In this document: in pieces, positions 26,501 to 41,500 of the stretch
Layout: each line of letters starts with the position of its first letter
Numbering within the stretch: the stretch's first letter is position 1
From: Nemertoderma westbladi
Taxonomy: Eukaryota > Animalia > Xenacoelomorpha
Reading direction: 5' to 3'
DNA: 64,000 nt
Assembly (NCBI GenBank): GCA_032718475.1
Contig: JAUCBJ010008549.1
Coordinates: 1 to 64,000, forward strand
Made by a program: the position numbers and the translations under genes
The notes under the pieces: generated by a model
Database searches by the model: none
Seen by the model: the letters and a program-made list of their open reading frames with translations, nothing else
Told to the model about the DNA's origin: nothing

Positions 26501-29500
26501 GAGTACCAACCTTGGGATAGAGATACGTGTGGGAGAACCAACCTTGGGATAGCGATACGTGTGGGAGAACCAACCTTGGGATAGAGATCAGTTTGGGAGA
26601 ACCAACCTTGGGATATAGATCGGTTTGGGAGAACCAACCTTGGGATAGAGATCAGTTTGTGAGAACCAACCTTGGGATAGAGATCAGTTTGGGAGAACCA
26701 ACCTTGGGATATAGATCAGTGTAGGAGAACCAATCTTGGGATAGAGATCAGTTTGGGAGAACCAACTTGGGATATAGATCAGTGTAGGAGAACCAATCTT
26801 GGGATAGAGATCAGTTTGTGAGAACCAACCTTGGGATAGAGATCAGTTTGGGAGAACCAACCTTGGGATATAGATCAGTTTGTGAGAACCAACCTTGGGA
26901 TAGAGATCAGTTTGGGAGAACCAACCTTGGGATATAGATCAGTTTGTGAGAACCAACCTTGGGATAGAGATCAGTGTGGGAGAACCAACATTAGGATAGA
27001 GATCAGTTTGGGAGTACCAACCTTGGGATAGAGATACGTGTGGGAGAACCAACCTTGAGATAGAGATCAGTTTGGGAGAACCAACTTGGGATAGAGATCA
27101 ATTTGGGAGTACCAACATTAGGATAGAGATCAGTTTGGGAGTACCAACCTTGGGATAGAGATACGTGTGGGAGAACCAACCTTGGGATAGAGATCAGTTT
27201 GTGAGAACCAACCTTGGGATAGAGATCAGTGTGGGAGAACCAACATTAGGATAGAGATCAGTTTGGGAGTACCAACCTTGGGATAGAGATACGTGTGGGA
27301 GAACCAACCTTGGGATAGAGATCAGTTTGGGAGAACCAATCTTGGGATAGAGATCAGTTTGTGAGAACCAACCTTGGGATAGAGATCAGTTTGGGAGAAC
27401 CAACCTTGGGATATAGATCAGTTTGTGAGAACCAACCTTGGGATAGAGATCAGTGTGGGAGAACCAACATTAGGATAGAGATCAGTTTGGGAGTACCAAC
27501 CTTGGGATAGAGATACGTGTGGGAGAACCAACCTTGGGATAAAGATCAGTGTGGGAGTACCCACCTTGGGATATAGATCAGTGTGGGAGAACCAACCTTG
27601 GGATAGAGATCAGTGGGGGAGTACCAACCTTGGGATATAGATCAGTGTGGGAGAACCAACATTAGGATAGAGATCAGTTTGGGAGTACCAACCTTGGGAT
27701 AGCGATACGTGTGGGAGAACCAACCGTGGGAAAGAGATCAGTTTGGGAGAACCAACCTTGGGATAGAGATCAGTTTGGGAGAACTAACCTTGGGATAGAG
27801 ATCAGTTTTGGATTCGGTTTATTTAAACTCCGTCTGGAACTTTTACGTCGCAGCAACGATTTATCACTAATATCGGCGAAACCTTCGGTAAGAGATTCGG
27901 TTGTCTTTACTGGAAGTAGAACCTTAAAAAAAACAAATCGGGGAACTAAAATATGTAGGAAAACAAGAAGAACATTGAGTAGAGCTTTAATAAGAGGAAA
28001 CAATACCTTGGTAGAAGCAGTGGGAAACATATAATGTTACGTTATAACCAAAGTAAGGGTACGTTTGGTTCTATGTAATGGTACGTTTGGAGCAATGTAA
28101 GGGTTCGTTTGGGTCTATGTAATGTTGCGTTTGGACCAAAGTAAGGGTTCGTTTGGGTCTATGTAATGTTACGTTTGGACCAATGTAATGGTACGTCTCG
28201 GTCTTTGTAATGTTACGTTTGGAGCAATGTAAGGGTACGTTTGGGTCTATGAAATGTTACGTTTGGAGCAATGTAAGGGTACGTTTCGGTCTATGTAATG
28301 TTGCGTTTGGACCAATGTAAGGGTACGTTTCGGTCTATGTAATGTTACGTTTGGACCAATGTAATGGTACGTTTTGGTCTATGAAATGTTACGTTTGGAC
28401 CAATGTAATGGTACGTCTCGGTCTTTGTAATGTTACGTTTGGAGCAATGTAAGGGTACGTTTGGGTCTATGTAATGATGCGTTGGGACCAATGTAAGGGT
28501 ACGTTTGGGTCTATGTAATGTTGCGTTTGGACCAATGTAAGGGTACGTTTCGGTCTATGTAATGTTACGTTTGGACCAATGTAATGGTACGTTTTGGTCT
28601 ATGTAATGTTGCGTTTGGACCAATGTAATGGTACGTCTCGGTCTATGTAATGTTGCGTTTGGACCAATGTAATGGTACGTTTCGGTCTATGTAATGTTGC
28701 GTTTGGACCAATGTAATGTTACGTTTGGACCAATGTAAGGTTACGTTTGGGTCTATTTCATGTTGCGTTTGGACCGTAAGGGTACGTTTGGGTCTATATA
28801 TGTAATGTTGCGTTTGGACCAAAGTAAGGGAACGTTTGGGTCTATGTAATGTTGCGTTTGGACCAATGTAATGGTGCGTTTCGGTCTATGTAATTTTGCG
28901 TTTGGACCAATGTAATGTTACGTTTGGACTAATGTAAGGTTACGTTTTGGTCTATTTCATGTTGCGTTTGGACCGTAAGGGTACGTTTGGGTCTATGTAT
29001 GTAATGTTGCGTTTGGACCAAAGTAAGGGAACGTTTGGGTCTATGTAATGTTGCGTTTGGACCAATGTAATGGTGCGTTTCGGTCTATGTAATTTTGCGT
29101 TTGGACCAATGTAATGTTACGTTTGGACTAATGTAAGGTTACGTTTTGGTCTATTTCATGTTGCGTTTGGACCGTAAGGGTACGTTTGGGTCTATGTATG
29201 TAATGTTGCGTTTAGACCAAAGTAAGGGAACGTTTGGGTCTATGTAATGTTGCGTTTGGACCAATGTAATGGTGCGTTTCGGTCTATGTAATTTTGCGTT
29301 TGGACCAATGTAATGTTACGTTTGGACTAATGTAAGGTTACGTTTTGGTCTATTTCATGTTGCGTTTGGACCGTAAGTGTACGTTTGGGTCTATATATAT
29401 AATGTTACGTTTGTACCAAAGTAAGGGAACGTTTGGGTCTATGTAATGTTGCGTTTGGACCAATGTAATGGTGCGTTTCGGTCTATGTAATTTTGCGTTT

Positions 29501-32500
29501 AGACCAATGTAATGTTACGTTTGGACTAATGTAAGGTTACGTTTTGGTCTATTTCATGTTGCGTTTGGACCGTAAGTGTACGTTTGGGTCTATATATGTA
29601 ATGTTGCGTTTGGACCAATGTAAGGGTACGTTTGGGTCTATGTAATGATGCGTTTGGACCAATGTAATGGTACGTTTGGGTCTATGTAATGTTGCGTTAC
29701 GTTATGTAAGGGCACGAATGAGCGAAAGATGCGAGAGTAGGAATATTCAACTTCCATAATATATATAGTGACGTCACCAACCTGGGACAAGGTGTTCGAA
29801 GCACAATTAGAAGCCACCAAGCGGCAGAGTTCATCCACGCGTCTATCCTCTTTGGTCTGCGACTTCTGCCTAATTATAACTTTCGGAGGAACAGCGCTTT
29901 CTGATTGGCTGTCCCAGTAGTTGTTGACACGATGTTGCGATTGGTTGGCTGTATCTGTAGTGTGTGTAGCAGTAGTATCAACTCTGTCTACCTGGGAACT
30001 ATCGCTGCTACGATTGTGTGACGTCATACTAATGTTGTTACTAGCAACGGGTTTCTATATTCAGGAAATAGTGATACATTAACAATTTAAACGTTATGTT
30101 ATATATACAGCAAGTGGTTTTATATTTCATTGAAGATAAATATCGTTATGTACGATTACAGCTGATACATTCAATAGCGAAGTAAACTTTACTTTACTTT
30201 ACAGCTTTGGAGGCGCAACTTTACAATGAAACAATTAATTTTAAACTTTACATTTCCTATACCGAAGCAGGACCTTATCGCCCCTGGAATTTTATCGCCC
30301 CCATAAATTGCATTTTTGTTGGGAACTTATCGCCCCTGGGACTTTATCGCCCCCGAGTCTTTATCGCCCCTGGTCCCGTATCGCCCCTGTCATTATATGC
30401 AGGATACTTTCCCCCAACTGTCTCATACTTCCTCTAAGTCACATGTTTTCCTGTAGTTATAGTTTACATTTATATTTATACTCAAGTAGTTTCAGTTAGA
30501 GGAGGCCTACAATTAGAAATTATATTATTCATATTCAATTCATAGACTAAGCAGCAGCTTGATTTAGTATTAACCCTTTTTTTGCACTTGTTGCTTTTAA
30601 GCAACAGTTAATTATTAGTCTTATCTCATAGAAAAACCATCAATCAACCATTACTGCACCTTGCGGCTTATATCCTTTAGGAAACAGAGTGGAAGGGTTT
30701 ACTGTGGAAGATCACCCATGGTGGTGAACAGGCATTCCTTTAGGAAACAGAGTGGAAGGATTTACTGTGGAAGATCACCCATGGTGGTGAACTGAACATG
30801 CATTCTTTTAGGAAACAGAGTGGAAGGGTTTACTGTGGAAGATCACCCATGGTGATGAACACTAACAGGCATTCCTTTAAGAAACTGAGTGGAAGGGTTT
30901 ACTGTGGAAGATCACCCTTGGTGGTGAACAAGCATTCTTTTAGGAAACAGAGTGGAATGGTTTACTGTGGAAGATCACCCATGGTGGAGAACAGGCATTC
31001 CTTTAGGAAACAGAGTGGAAGGGTTTACTGTGGAGGATCACCCATGGTGGTGAACAAGCATTCCTTTAGGAAACAGAGCGGAAGGGTTTACTGTGGAAGA
31101 TCGCCCATGGTGGTGAACAGGCATTCCTTTAGGAAACATAGTGGAAGGGTTTACTTCGGAAGATCACCCATTGTGGGGAACAGGCATTCCTTTAGGAAAA
31201 AGAGTGGAAGGGTTTACTGTGGAAGATCGCCCATGGTGGTGAACAGGCATTCCTTTAGGAAACATAGTGGAAGGGTTTACTTTGGAAGATCACCCATTGT
31301 GGGGAACAGGCATTCCTTTAGGAAAAAGAGTGGAAGGGTTTACCGTGGAAGATCAGCCATGGTGATTAACACGAACAGGCATTCTTTTAGGAAACAGAGT
31401 GGAAGGGTTTATGTGGAAGAACACCCATGGTGGTGAACAGGCATTCCTTTAGGAAACAGAGTGGAAGGGTTTACTGTGGAAGATCACCCATAGTGATGAA
31501 CACGAACAGGCATTCTTTTAGGAAACAGAGTGGAAGGGTTTATGTGGAAGAACACCCACGGTGGTGAACAGACATTCCTTTAGGAAACAGAGTGGAATGG
31601 TTTACTGTGGAAGATCACCCATGGTGGTGATTTGTGAACAAGCATTCCTTTAGGAAACAGAGCGGAAGGGTTTACTGTGAAAGATCACCCATGGTGATGA
31701 ACACGAACAGGCATTCTTTTAGGAAACAGAGTGGAAGGGTTTATGTGGAAGAACACCCATGGTGGTGAACAGGCATTCCTTTAGGAAACAGAGTGGAAGG
31801 GTTTACTGTGAAGATCACCCATGGTGATGAACACGAACAGGCATTCTTTTAGGAAACAGAGTGGAAGGGTTTATGTGGAAGAACACCCACGGTGGTGAAC
31901 AAGCATTCCTTTAGGAAACAGAGCGGAAGGGTTTACTGTGGAAGATCACCCATGGTGGTGAACAGACATTCCTTTAGTAAACAGAGTGGAATGGTTTACT
32001 GTGGAAGATCACCCATGGTGGTGAACAGGCATTCCTTTATGAAACAGAGTGGAGGGTTTACTGTGGAAGATCACCCATGGTGGTGAACAGACATTCCTTT
32101 AGTAAACAGAGTGGAATGGTTTACTGTGGGAGATCACCCATGGTGGTAAACTGGCATTCCTTTAGGAAACAGAGCGGAAGGGTTTACTGTGGAAGATCAA
32201 CCATGGTGGTGAACAAGCATTCCTTTAGGAAAAATAGTGGAAGGGTTTACTGTGGAAGATCACCCATGGTGATAAACACGAACAGGCATTCTTTTAGGAA
32301 ACAGAGTGGAAGGGTTTATGTGGAAGAACACCCATGGTGGTGAACAGGCATTCCTTTGGGAAACAGAGTGGAAGATCACCCATGGTGATGAACACGAACA
32401 GGCATTCTTTTAGGAAACAGAGTGGAAGGGTTTATGTGGAAGAACACCCATGGTGGTGAACAGGCATTCCTTTAGGAAACAGAGTGGAATGGTTTACTGT

Positions 32501-35500
32501 GGAAGATCACCCATGGTTGTGAACAAGCATTCCTGTAGGAAACAGAGCGGAAGGGTTTACTGTGGAAGATCACCCATGGTGGTGAACAGGCATTCCTTTA
32601 GGAAACAGAGTGGAAGGGTTTACTTTGGAAGATCACCCATGGTGATGAACACGAACATGCATTCTTTTAGGAAACAGAGTGGAACGGTTTATGTGGAAGA
32701 ACACCCATGTTGGTGAACAAGCATTCCTTTAGGAAACAGAGCGGAAGGGTTTACTGTGGAAGATCACCCATGGTGGTGAACAGGCATTCTTTTAGAAAAC
32801 AGAAAACAGATTGGAAGGGTTTATTGTGGAAGATCACCCAAGGACACAACGTGGTGATCAGGCATTCGTTTAGGAAGCAGAGTTGAATGGTTTAATTTGG
32901 AAGCTCAGCCTTGACGGCGTACAGGCATTCCCTAGCTTACTACGTTTATCTCCTTCAAAATTCAGAAATTCATATTTGTCGCAGGGGCGATTAGTTACCA
33001 GGGGCGATAAAGACCCGGGGGCGATATGTTACCAGGGGCGATAAAGACCCGGGGGCGATATGTTCCCAAGGGGCGATAAAGAACCATTTGAGGGGCGATA
33101 AGTTCCCAGGGGGCGATAAGGCCCTACACTCTACTATACTCTATACGCGTATCGCTTGTACCCACCCACCCTACACTAACAATGTCAGTATTAAATAAAT
33201 TAAACACCAACTTACAGCAAATTATATTTTTAATATTAAATATTTGTAGAATATATATAATTGAATTGGTTTTGTTTAAAATATATTAAGATAAGAATTT
33301 AAGATTGTAGTTGATGTATATAATGGTAACTTATTGAATTAATTATTAAAATCAGGAACGAATTCAACAAAGAAACTATTTTATAACGTTTAATTTCTAC
33401 GGCTCGATCGAGACATCCACGGCGAGTTGAATTAGTTGTAACAAATTAATAACATGGGCACCGAATACAACCAAGTTGTGTGAGGCAATAAGTTGAGCCG
33501 TCGTTATACCGGGATGGGACACGGCCGGGTTACCAAAATTAAGTTTTTAATTACCGCGGTACATTTGTACTAAATTATTTAGATATTATTTTATTACGAT
33601 AATTCGATGTAAAGTTCGAATAAATTATTATAAATTCTCGCGGAACAACAAATAATATTTGAAACAATAAAACCCGATAAATTATTAACAACAAGGTTTA
33701 TAGCGGCAGCTATTTATTGTTACAATAACTTAATTCTGTTGAGATTCGGCCGTATCGTTAACTATAGATTCCTGGCGTATTGCCGGGAAACGGATATCAA
33801 TAAATTAATTGAATATTTAATTATTCTGAGTAAATTGGAAGATTTTTCAAACAGAATTTCTAGTTTAAAATTGTAATTAATAATAAAGGAAGTTTATTAT
33901 AGGTAAACTAAAACGCGTTTAACACTCCGTCACTAACTCGCTTTATTTGACTAAGAAATTAATTGAAATCTAACCGGAATAAATCCCTCTGGTTGATTAG
34001 CGGTTGTTACAGGAACTGTAGAGACATCTACGTCGTTCGTTAATGTACCGCTAGATGGTGTCGCGGTACTGCTATCAGTTGTATCGTTTAGAGCAAAGGG
34101 ATTGGCTACAGTTACATCGCTGTCGGGCTTCCGATTGGCTACAGCTGTTGCAGTAGTCGGGGATTGGGGCGGCGTACTCTTAGGGGCCCCTAGCGAGCCG
34201 GGGTAGAATCTTCTCTGGGCCGACGGACTCTTGGCCAGTTTGTATTGCATGTAGGTTCCGGCTTGCGGGGGCGGCGGGGGGAACCTAAAATAACAATAAA
34301 ATAATTTCTGAGACAAAACTTATAAATGTTAGAGTCGAATCGTCAACTACAACTTGTGCGTAAACTACAATTTACTGTAGTAAAGTAAAAGTAAAGAAAA
34401 CTTATGTATTTTTATATTACAAAGAGGAAACCATTGAAAATATTAGGTAACGTTTACTTCTATTGTACTGTAAGGCCAGGGATAACCACCCAGAACTATA
34501 CTCCCCAGAGGAAACTCCACTAGGGATCGAACCCACGACTTCCAAGGCAATGGATTGCGGTAATTCGTAACGGTAATGACATTTTATAAAATATAATAAA
34601 ATAAAAAATGTCGTTAAAATCTAAGAGTCAAAATACTGTATATTGTAATTATAATGTTTCAGTTTCAGGAACCGGTGTTGTCTGTTCTGTTAGATTATTA
34701 GAGCCAGTATTTAACGTGTTTCAATAATAACAGGGGAGGGAGAGCTTGTGGGTGGATTCCCGATAATTTATTATAAAAATGTCACAAAGTTTTAATAATA
34801 AATATTATTACTGAATAAAAAACTATCTAATTCATTAATTAAATATTAGGGAAGAAAAAAACTCACATGATTATAATAATATAGTTTATTGAAAATTAAT
34901 AAAATATTTCAAAAGATTTAATGGGTTGTTCTTACAAAAAGTGGCCAAAATTTTGAGAAAAAATTGTCAATTTTTTTTTGTCAAAACCATATAAATATAT
35001 ACATATTTCGAGAGCTCTCGATGAGGTGATTTCGAATACACTAGTGGGCCGTTTTTTTTACTAAAGTCGTAAGGTTTTATTCGCGAAAAACTAATGTCCA
35101 CAATGTAACATTTTGTCCCTGATGTAACGCTACTTGTTAGCCAATCAGCAGCCTTCATTTCACAAAACGCCCACAATCTAACTCGTTGTCTCGAATGTAA
35201 CGCTACTTGTTAGCCAATCATTATCCAGGATTTGACATTTAAAATATATACCAGAAATTCAACAGTCACTTTAATGTCATGTACGGATTTATTTTATATT
35301 TATACGGGCTTTTTACGGATTTATTTATCGACCCAATGGCTAAAAATAATATTTTTCAAATCAGCAAATTATTTAGTTTGTATTATTGTATACATACAAT
35401 ATGAATATACATACTATTGTAACACTAATTGTACAAAATAGTTAACGGAATCCTTAAAACCATCACTAACGTAATCTCTAAGTCCTTCACGTGTAACTAA

Positions 35501-38500
35501 GTCCTTCACGTGTAACGCCATCACTAACTTAATCTCTAAGTCCTTCACGTGTAACGCCATCCCATCACTAACGTAATCTCTAAGTCCTTCACGTGTAACT
35601 AAGTCCTTCACGTGTAACGCCATCACTAACTTAATCTCTAAGTCCTTCACGTGTAACGCCATCACTAACTTAATCTCTAAGTCCTTCACGTGTAACGCCA
35701 TCCCATCACTAACGTAATATCTAAGTCCTTCACGTGTAACTAAGTCCTTCACGTGTAACGCCATCACTAACTTAATCTCTAAGTCCTTCACGTGTAACGC
35801 CATCACTAACTTAATCTCTAAGTCCTTCATGTGTAACGCCATCACTAACTTAATCTCTAAGTCCTTCACGTGTAACGCCATCCCATCACTAACGTAATCT
35901 CTAAGTCCTTCACGTGTAACGCCATCACTAACTTAATCTCTAAGTCCTTCTAACTTAATCTCTAAGTCCTTCACGTGTAACGCCATCCCATCACTAACTT
36001 AATCTCTATGTCCTTCACGTGTAACACCATTACTAAATTCAATTGAGAAGTTCTTACCGGACACAACACGCTTAATTCCGTTTGACAATTGTAATTGCAT
36101 GACGATTAAGAAGTACTGTTTTAGAACCGAAATAAAGAAAGGTAAACAAACTCATGAGCTTTTCCTAAACCCTTTAGGTAGTTAGTACTAAGTAATACAG
36201 ACTACAACAGATAATATTACTACTACAGTAGTTTATACTAAATACTGAAAACCAGAAACCATCGACTATTGTTAATTTGACCCTGACTGCCTAATTTGTA
36301 AAAAGAAACGCCACTCGTACTGCTGTTCAGGCCCAACTACGTTACATGATGGACATGTCTCAAGTGTAACGCTATTGATTGTGACAGCGTTACATGCGTT
36401 ACATGATGGACATTGAAGACATTTTTCATTAGCATGGCGTTGACTATCGTCTGTTTTGAAACTATATTAAAATCAAATATGTGATTCGATAGATCTGCGA
36501 TTGCTCTTTCATATGAGCCCTCAATGGTGTCGATATGATTAGTAAAGCAAAAGTTATCGCTTTTCAAAGTAGCGTTACATTGAGGACATTCCTAATGACG
36601 GTATTTTATGTAGATTTACGTTTTCGCACAATGCTCGAGTTCTAATGAACGAATTCTTATAATTTTTTTACCTGCTGATAGCTAAATAAATCGCCGTTTA
36701 GAAATATCTCACTTGGAGATGTTGTGAATAAATATAAAAAAAACCATGTCATAAAAACGAGCGTTACATGGTGGACAAAATCCTAGTGACGGCGTAATTA
36801 ATTGTTAGTAAATAGTAAATATATAAAATGTGAGTAGCTTCGGTTGAAAACCACCAATAGTATGTGAAAGAGCATTAAATTTGCTTTATTTTGATGTATG
36901 GTATGTGGAACCTTTGCATTCATTGCTTTAGCTCAGAAGCCAAATACTTAAAAATAATTCAATGTGACATTTCAAAAAACATGCATTTTCGATATTTGAA
37001 ATGGTGTCATTCTCTAGGTTGTTAATGGAATTTGTTGAAAATTTGCTGAAATATGAGCAGATTTCCGCTCTTCCGATTGGTATATAGGTTCATGGGGTTA
37101 AATCTGTGTTGTTTGGAAATATAACCGTGCGAATGCATGGACATTTTGACATAAAAGTTTGGCCACTTTTTGTGAGAACGACCCTAAAATACCCATTTGT
37201 AATTAAATAAACAGCTAAACATTATTTGTGTCAACTTTTTACATTATTTAAGATTTCCGAACACGAGAAAAATTCATTTAATAATAAAAAAAACTCAAAA
37301 ACATAAAATAGTTTGAGAAAATTATATTTACAACTTATTTTACTGAAAAAAAAACCACAAACAAATACATAAATATAAAAAATATATAATAAAACAAATA
37401 TATAAAGTTTATAATAACTAACAAGTAAACTAAAGGCAATAAGTGGGTAGTTAAACCGATAAAATAAACAACATCCGGAGTAATAGCTGACGGTATAGCT
37501 GGCATTCTCGGTGGATGGTGTTTATTCTACATTCCAGACAAAGCTAATTAGGCTGGAGTTGCCAAATATTCGCTAATTAGTCTCAGAATAAAGGCGATTA
37601 GGTGGAAACCAGATCGATACTGTACTGTAGTATATGTACATTGTACAGTTATAGTAGATATACTGTATTTTGGTATAAATAAATATACAAGATCACAAGT
37701 TAATGGCCGCAGGGTCATATACTTACTGTACTAACAGCTGTACAATAGGGTCAGTCAGTGTTACCTTGTTTGCTACAGTAATTAATGAGTTGCATGAAAT
37801 TTATTACACAAATAGTTTCACCTCCTTATAATAATAATATTAGACTTACTTAACTATCCCTGCTTAAATAAATCCAGAATCCAAATGTTTTTACTTATTA
37901 TGACTTTAACTGAAACTTTATTACATTATTCAGTAACTTCCTAATCACCATTAAATAATTGTTTACAGAGTTGCTATGCGACTAACTAACCCCAAAGTCC
38001 CGTCGTTTTCGATCAGGCCTCCAGCCCGTATGACGTCATCCAAGTCTGTGACTTGCAGTGAGTCAGCAGTGCCAACTGAATCCATTGATACACTGCCAGT
38101 TAGAAGGACGTCCGGTAGGTTAAAGTCATCATTACTTTCAGTTTCAATCTATTTATAAATTAATTAACAAAACAAATATGGTATTTAAATATTCGGATTC
38201 GAACCTAACAGATTTTAATAATATTATAAAGATAAGTACACCTTCAACGTAGATCCTACATTGAACTAAAAATCTAATACGACCAAAAATATGAAATAAT
38301 TATTTAGTAATATTGAATAGAAATAACCTGTGCCCAATAACCAATCCACTTCACGGTTAGATAATAAAGAATATATTTTGCTTTATTCTGTTTTATTTTG
38401 TATTTAATTGTTTTAATATTAATTAATTAATATATAATTTCATTGATCTTTTCAGCGTTTTAATCTATTAATCACACATGGAATCCCTTTTTATGAAAAG

Positions 38501-41500
38501 GGGATTGCAGGGATCCATATATTGCACTTGAAATAAATATATACATCAGAAAACTTTTATTACATTTACCGTTCGAAATATAAATTAATCCAAAACTTGA
38601 CGGTACAGTACGGGTAAGTCATAAAATAAGAACCAATATCAAATATAAACCGCATTATACTGTAATACTAACAATAGTAAAGTGACAGATTATGTCTCGA
38701 TTCTGTGTGACAGATGTCAGCTAAGTCAACTTCCATAATAAAATCGATAAATTACTAAACCAGTTATTGGTATAATAGCCTGGAGAAAGACCTATGCAGT
38801 GTGCCAGTGCAACGTATAAAGAGTTACACATTAACCGAGTGAATATTGTACATCATACACCACGGACGCAATGGGTAATGTCGACAAAGGCAGACTAACA
38901 AATCACCTGACAAACAATACAATACACGTCTACTATATCTATGTCCATGCAGGCGCCATGATGTTATACAGTAATGTAAGCCTAAGAATAGCACAACTAC
39001 GCGAACTAACAATGAACAGACTGTTAGTACTGTAGTTAACTGCAGCTACGTAGATTTAAGGGGATGTTTTCTGGGCTGGCCGGTATCTATATTAATTAAC
39101 TACTGTAGTACTGTACATACATGTAACGTAACGTGCGGTCATACGGTGCAGTAGTAAGACCATGTCGCGTCCACAAACTTTTTGGAAATCAGATCAGAAG
39201 TGTGCCTGCTGTATCATACCTCAAAAGTGGGACTTTTGGGTCATTGGTCTGATTTTATGGTACAGTAGGGGATCCTGACTGAATAGGGTACCGTAGGGAT
39301 ATGGTGCACATAAACAATGAGCTACATTATGATTATGGTGTCACACCTCATTTCCAATCTAAACCCAGCACTACCCTGCAATCCCCTTTAAGAAGTTTAA
39401 CATGTTGACAGAATGCATTCGAGGCCCCAGCACATCAATACGAGCCGGTCCCGGTAGTCGGCGCAGCGCAGAAATGTGCTACGCCGGGGCCAGCGGCCAG
39501 TATAAAATACAGCACAACTTAGCCATAGGGTGTATCGGTACTGTACAATCCCCACCTACAGTAGTTACGGTTCAATAGCAAGGCAGCGCCAGGGCCATGC
39601 CTTTATGCCTACCTACGGCCTAATCTACGAAATACATAGGCCTATATGATAACGGGTAGCAGCAGCAGGAGCACTGAGCAGTCGCCCATATCTGCCGGTA
39701 GCGGTAGCCCTACCATATAATTTATAACCGGTAGGCGAACATCAGAAGCAGAACATGGTAGGCCACTAACGATATTATACTGTAATTCTGTATTTATTAG
39801 GCCTACTGTAATATTACCGGTACTGTATTATTTATATGCCAATTATTATATGAGTCAAAGAATATATAAGGAATAAGTTACAGTATTCGAATTACATTCT
39901 GTATGGCAGTATGGTGAAACAGGTACATGTACCGGTACGCGGAACATGCTGTGCTGTGCTACTGACTGTAAGATGAATGCTAACTATCTCAGTATCTGCA
40001 TGTTACAACCTATGGATCCGTTATCAGATAAGTTACCTATCACATTAATATTATTCAAATTTCCCTCTATTTACATTCTCTTTCTTTATTTGTTGATAGA
40101 TTATTGTAAAAAAATTACCAACTTATTTTGAAAAACAGTGAAAATTTATAACCTCCACAACCCTAACGCCTTAAATTAACTATTTAAGTGGTGGCAAAAA
40201 AGTAGACATTTTGTCGAGCGTTATTATATAAAAAAAAGCAAGTCAAAAACTGTTTCTTCTTGTCGCCACTATGACGTAGTTTTATTTATTGAAAGTCTCT
40301 TTTTGAAAAAAATAAATAAATAGGCCTATCTTCCATCGAAGCTTTTCGAAATAGTAAAATACCGATGTATATAGCGAAATAACTACTACTACTAGGTCGA
40401 GCGAACTCGGACAGTGGAAATTAGATCCTTCCAGGCTTCCCGATTCTCCATAGTTGTCGCAATTTCGTTTCTCTCAAGTTCAGTATCCCTTTCAAGTTGA
40501 TCTATTTATGTTATGGCCGGTCGTCCACGACTACGCTTTCCATGAGTTAGTTGCCAGAAAAAAAGATCTGGTATGACTTTGCCAGCAGTGCCCACAGAAT
40601 CTTAATCTGCGTTCACGGAGGGTGGTTGATACAGGTGGTATTGTACCATAAAGCTCGGCGTTTGCCATGTGTTGTCTCCAGCTGATGTTTAGGGCTGCCC
40701 TTAGTAGTTTTGTGTAGCAACCATCAATTCGTTGTTCAAGTGATTTAGTCAGTGTCCAGGTCTCACCCCCGTATAAAAATACACTTTCCACTGTGGCTCG
40801 AAAGAACTTAGTCTTCAGGTGCCTGGAGAGATCTGATTTCCAGATGGTATCCATTTTTGATAGAGTTACCCAAGCGTCTTTGCTTTCCTAACTTCTATGT
40901 CCTTTTTGTATCTATCTCTGTCTACTGTATGTCTATGTCCAAGCGAAATATGTAGCACTAATTATTTATTGCATGGTAAATAATGGGTAACAGTTCCAGC
41001 ACTACATTTTTATAACATAAATCATTGTTACCTACCATGGAAACATTGCAGAGTTCTAGAACAAAATATAAATATTATACAATATTCTAGAACATAAATA
41101 AAATAAAAACAATAATTTTCTAGAACATATACAGTAGCTAGTTATTTTTAAATTTTAAAAGTAATATAAATTTAAGAAAGTTATTCAAAAAAATTTTGGG
41201 GTGCAAAATGCTCAGAAGTCAAATTATTAAAAGAATATGCGATGCCAGAGCTTTGTGTGGGGAGTGGAGTGCATTAACTATTAAGATAAAGTCTCCGAAA
41301 CAACTGACATACAGTATAATACTTATGAGGTTACAGATAAGAAAAGGAGAATTAAACGGATTCCATGAGATATTAAAGGCCAACAAAAGCCAATACTGAG
41401 TGGACTAAATAAACTAATTAATTTAAAGCTGTTTTCAAAAACTCTAAAATAAATATTAAATTTGTGTTCAAAAATTTATTTAAATATAAATATATATATT

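Noticed and set aside
23075-27810. CRISPR-like appearance of the 32-bp repeats (also the 36-bp and 29-bp arrays)
   Set aside because: Units are head-to-tail with no unique spacers, there are no cas genes, and the context is eukaryotic intron.
30798-32716. ORFs with HSFRKQSGRVYCGRSPMVVNR repeats resembling a zinc-finger or repeat protein
   Set aside because: 63-bp satellite with frequent frameshifting indels and no C2H2 spacing.
34510-34560. tRNA-like B-box (GGGTTCGATCCC on minus)
   Set aside because: No cloverleaf or A-box; at most a SINE fragment.
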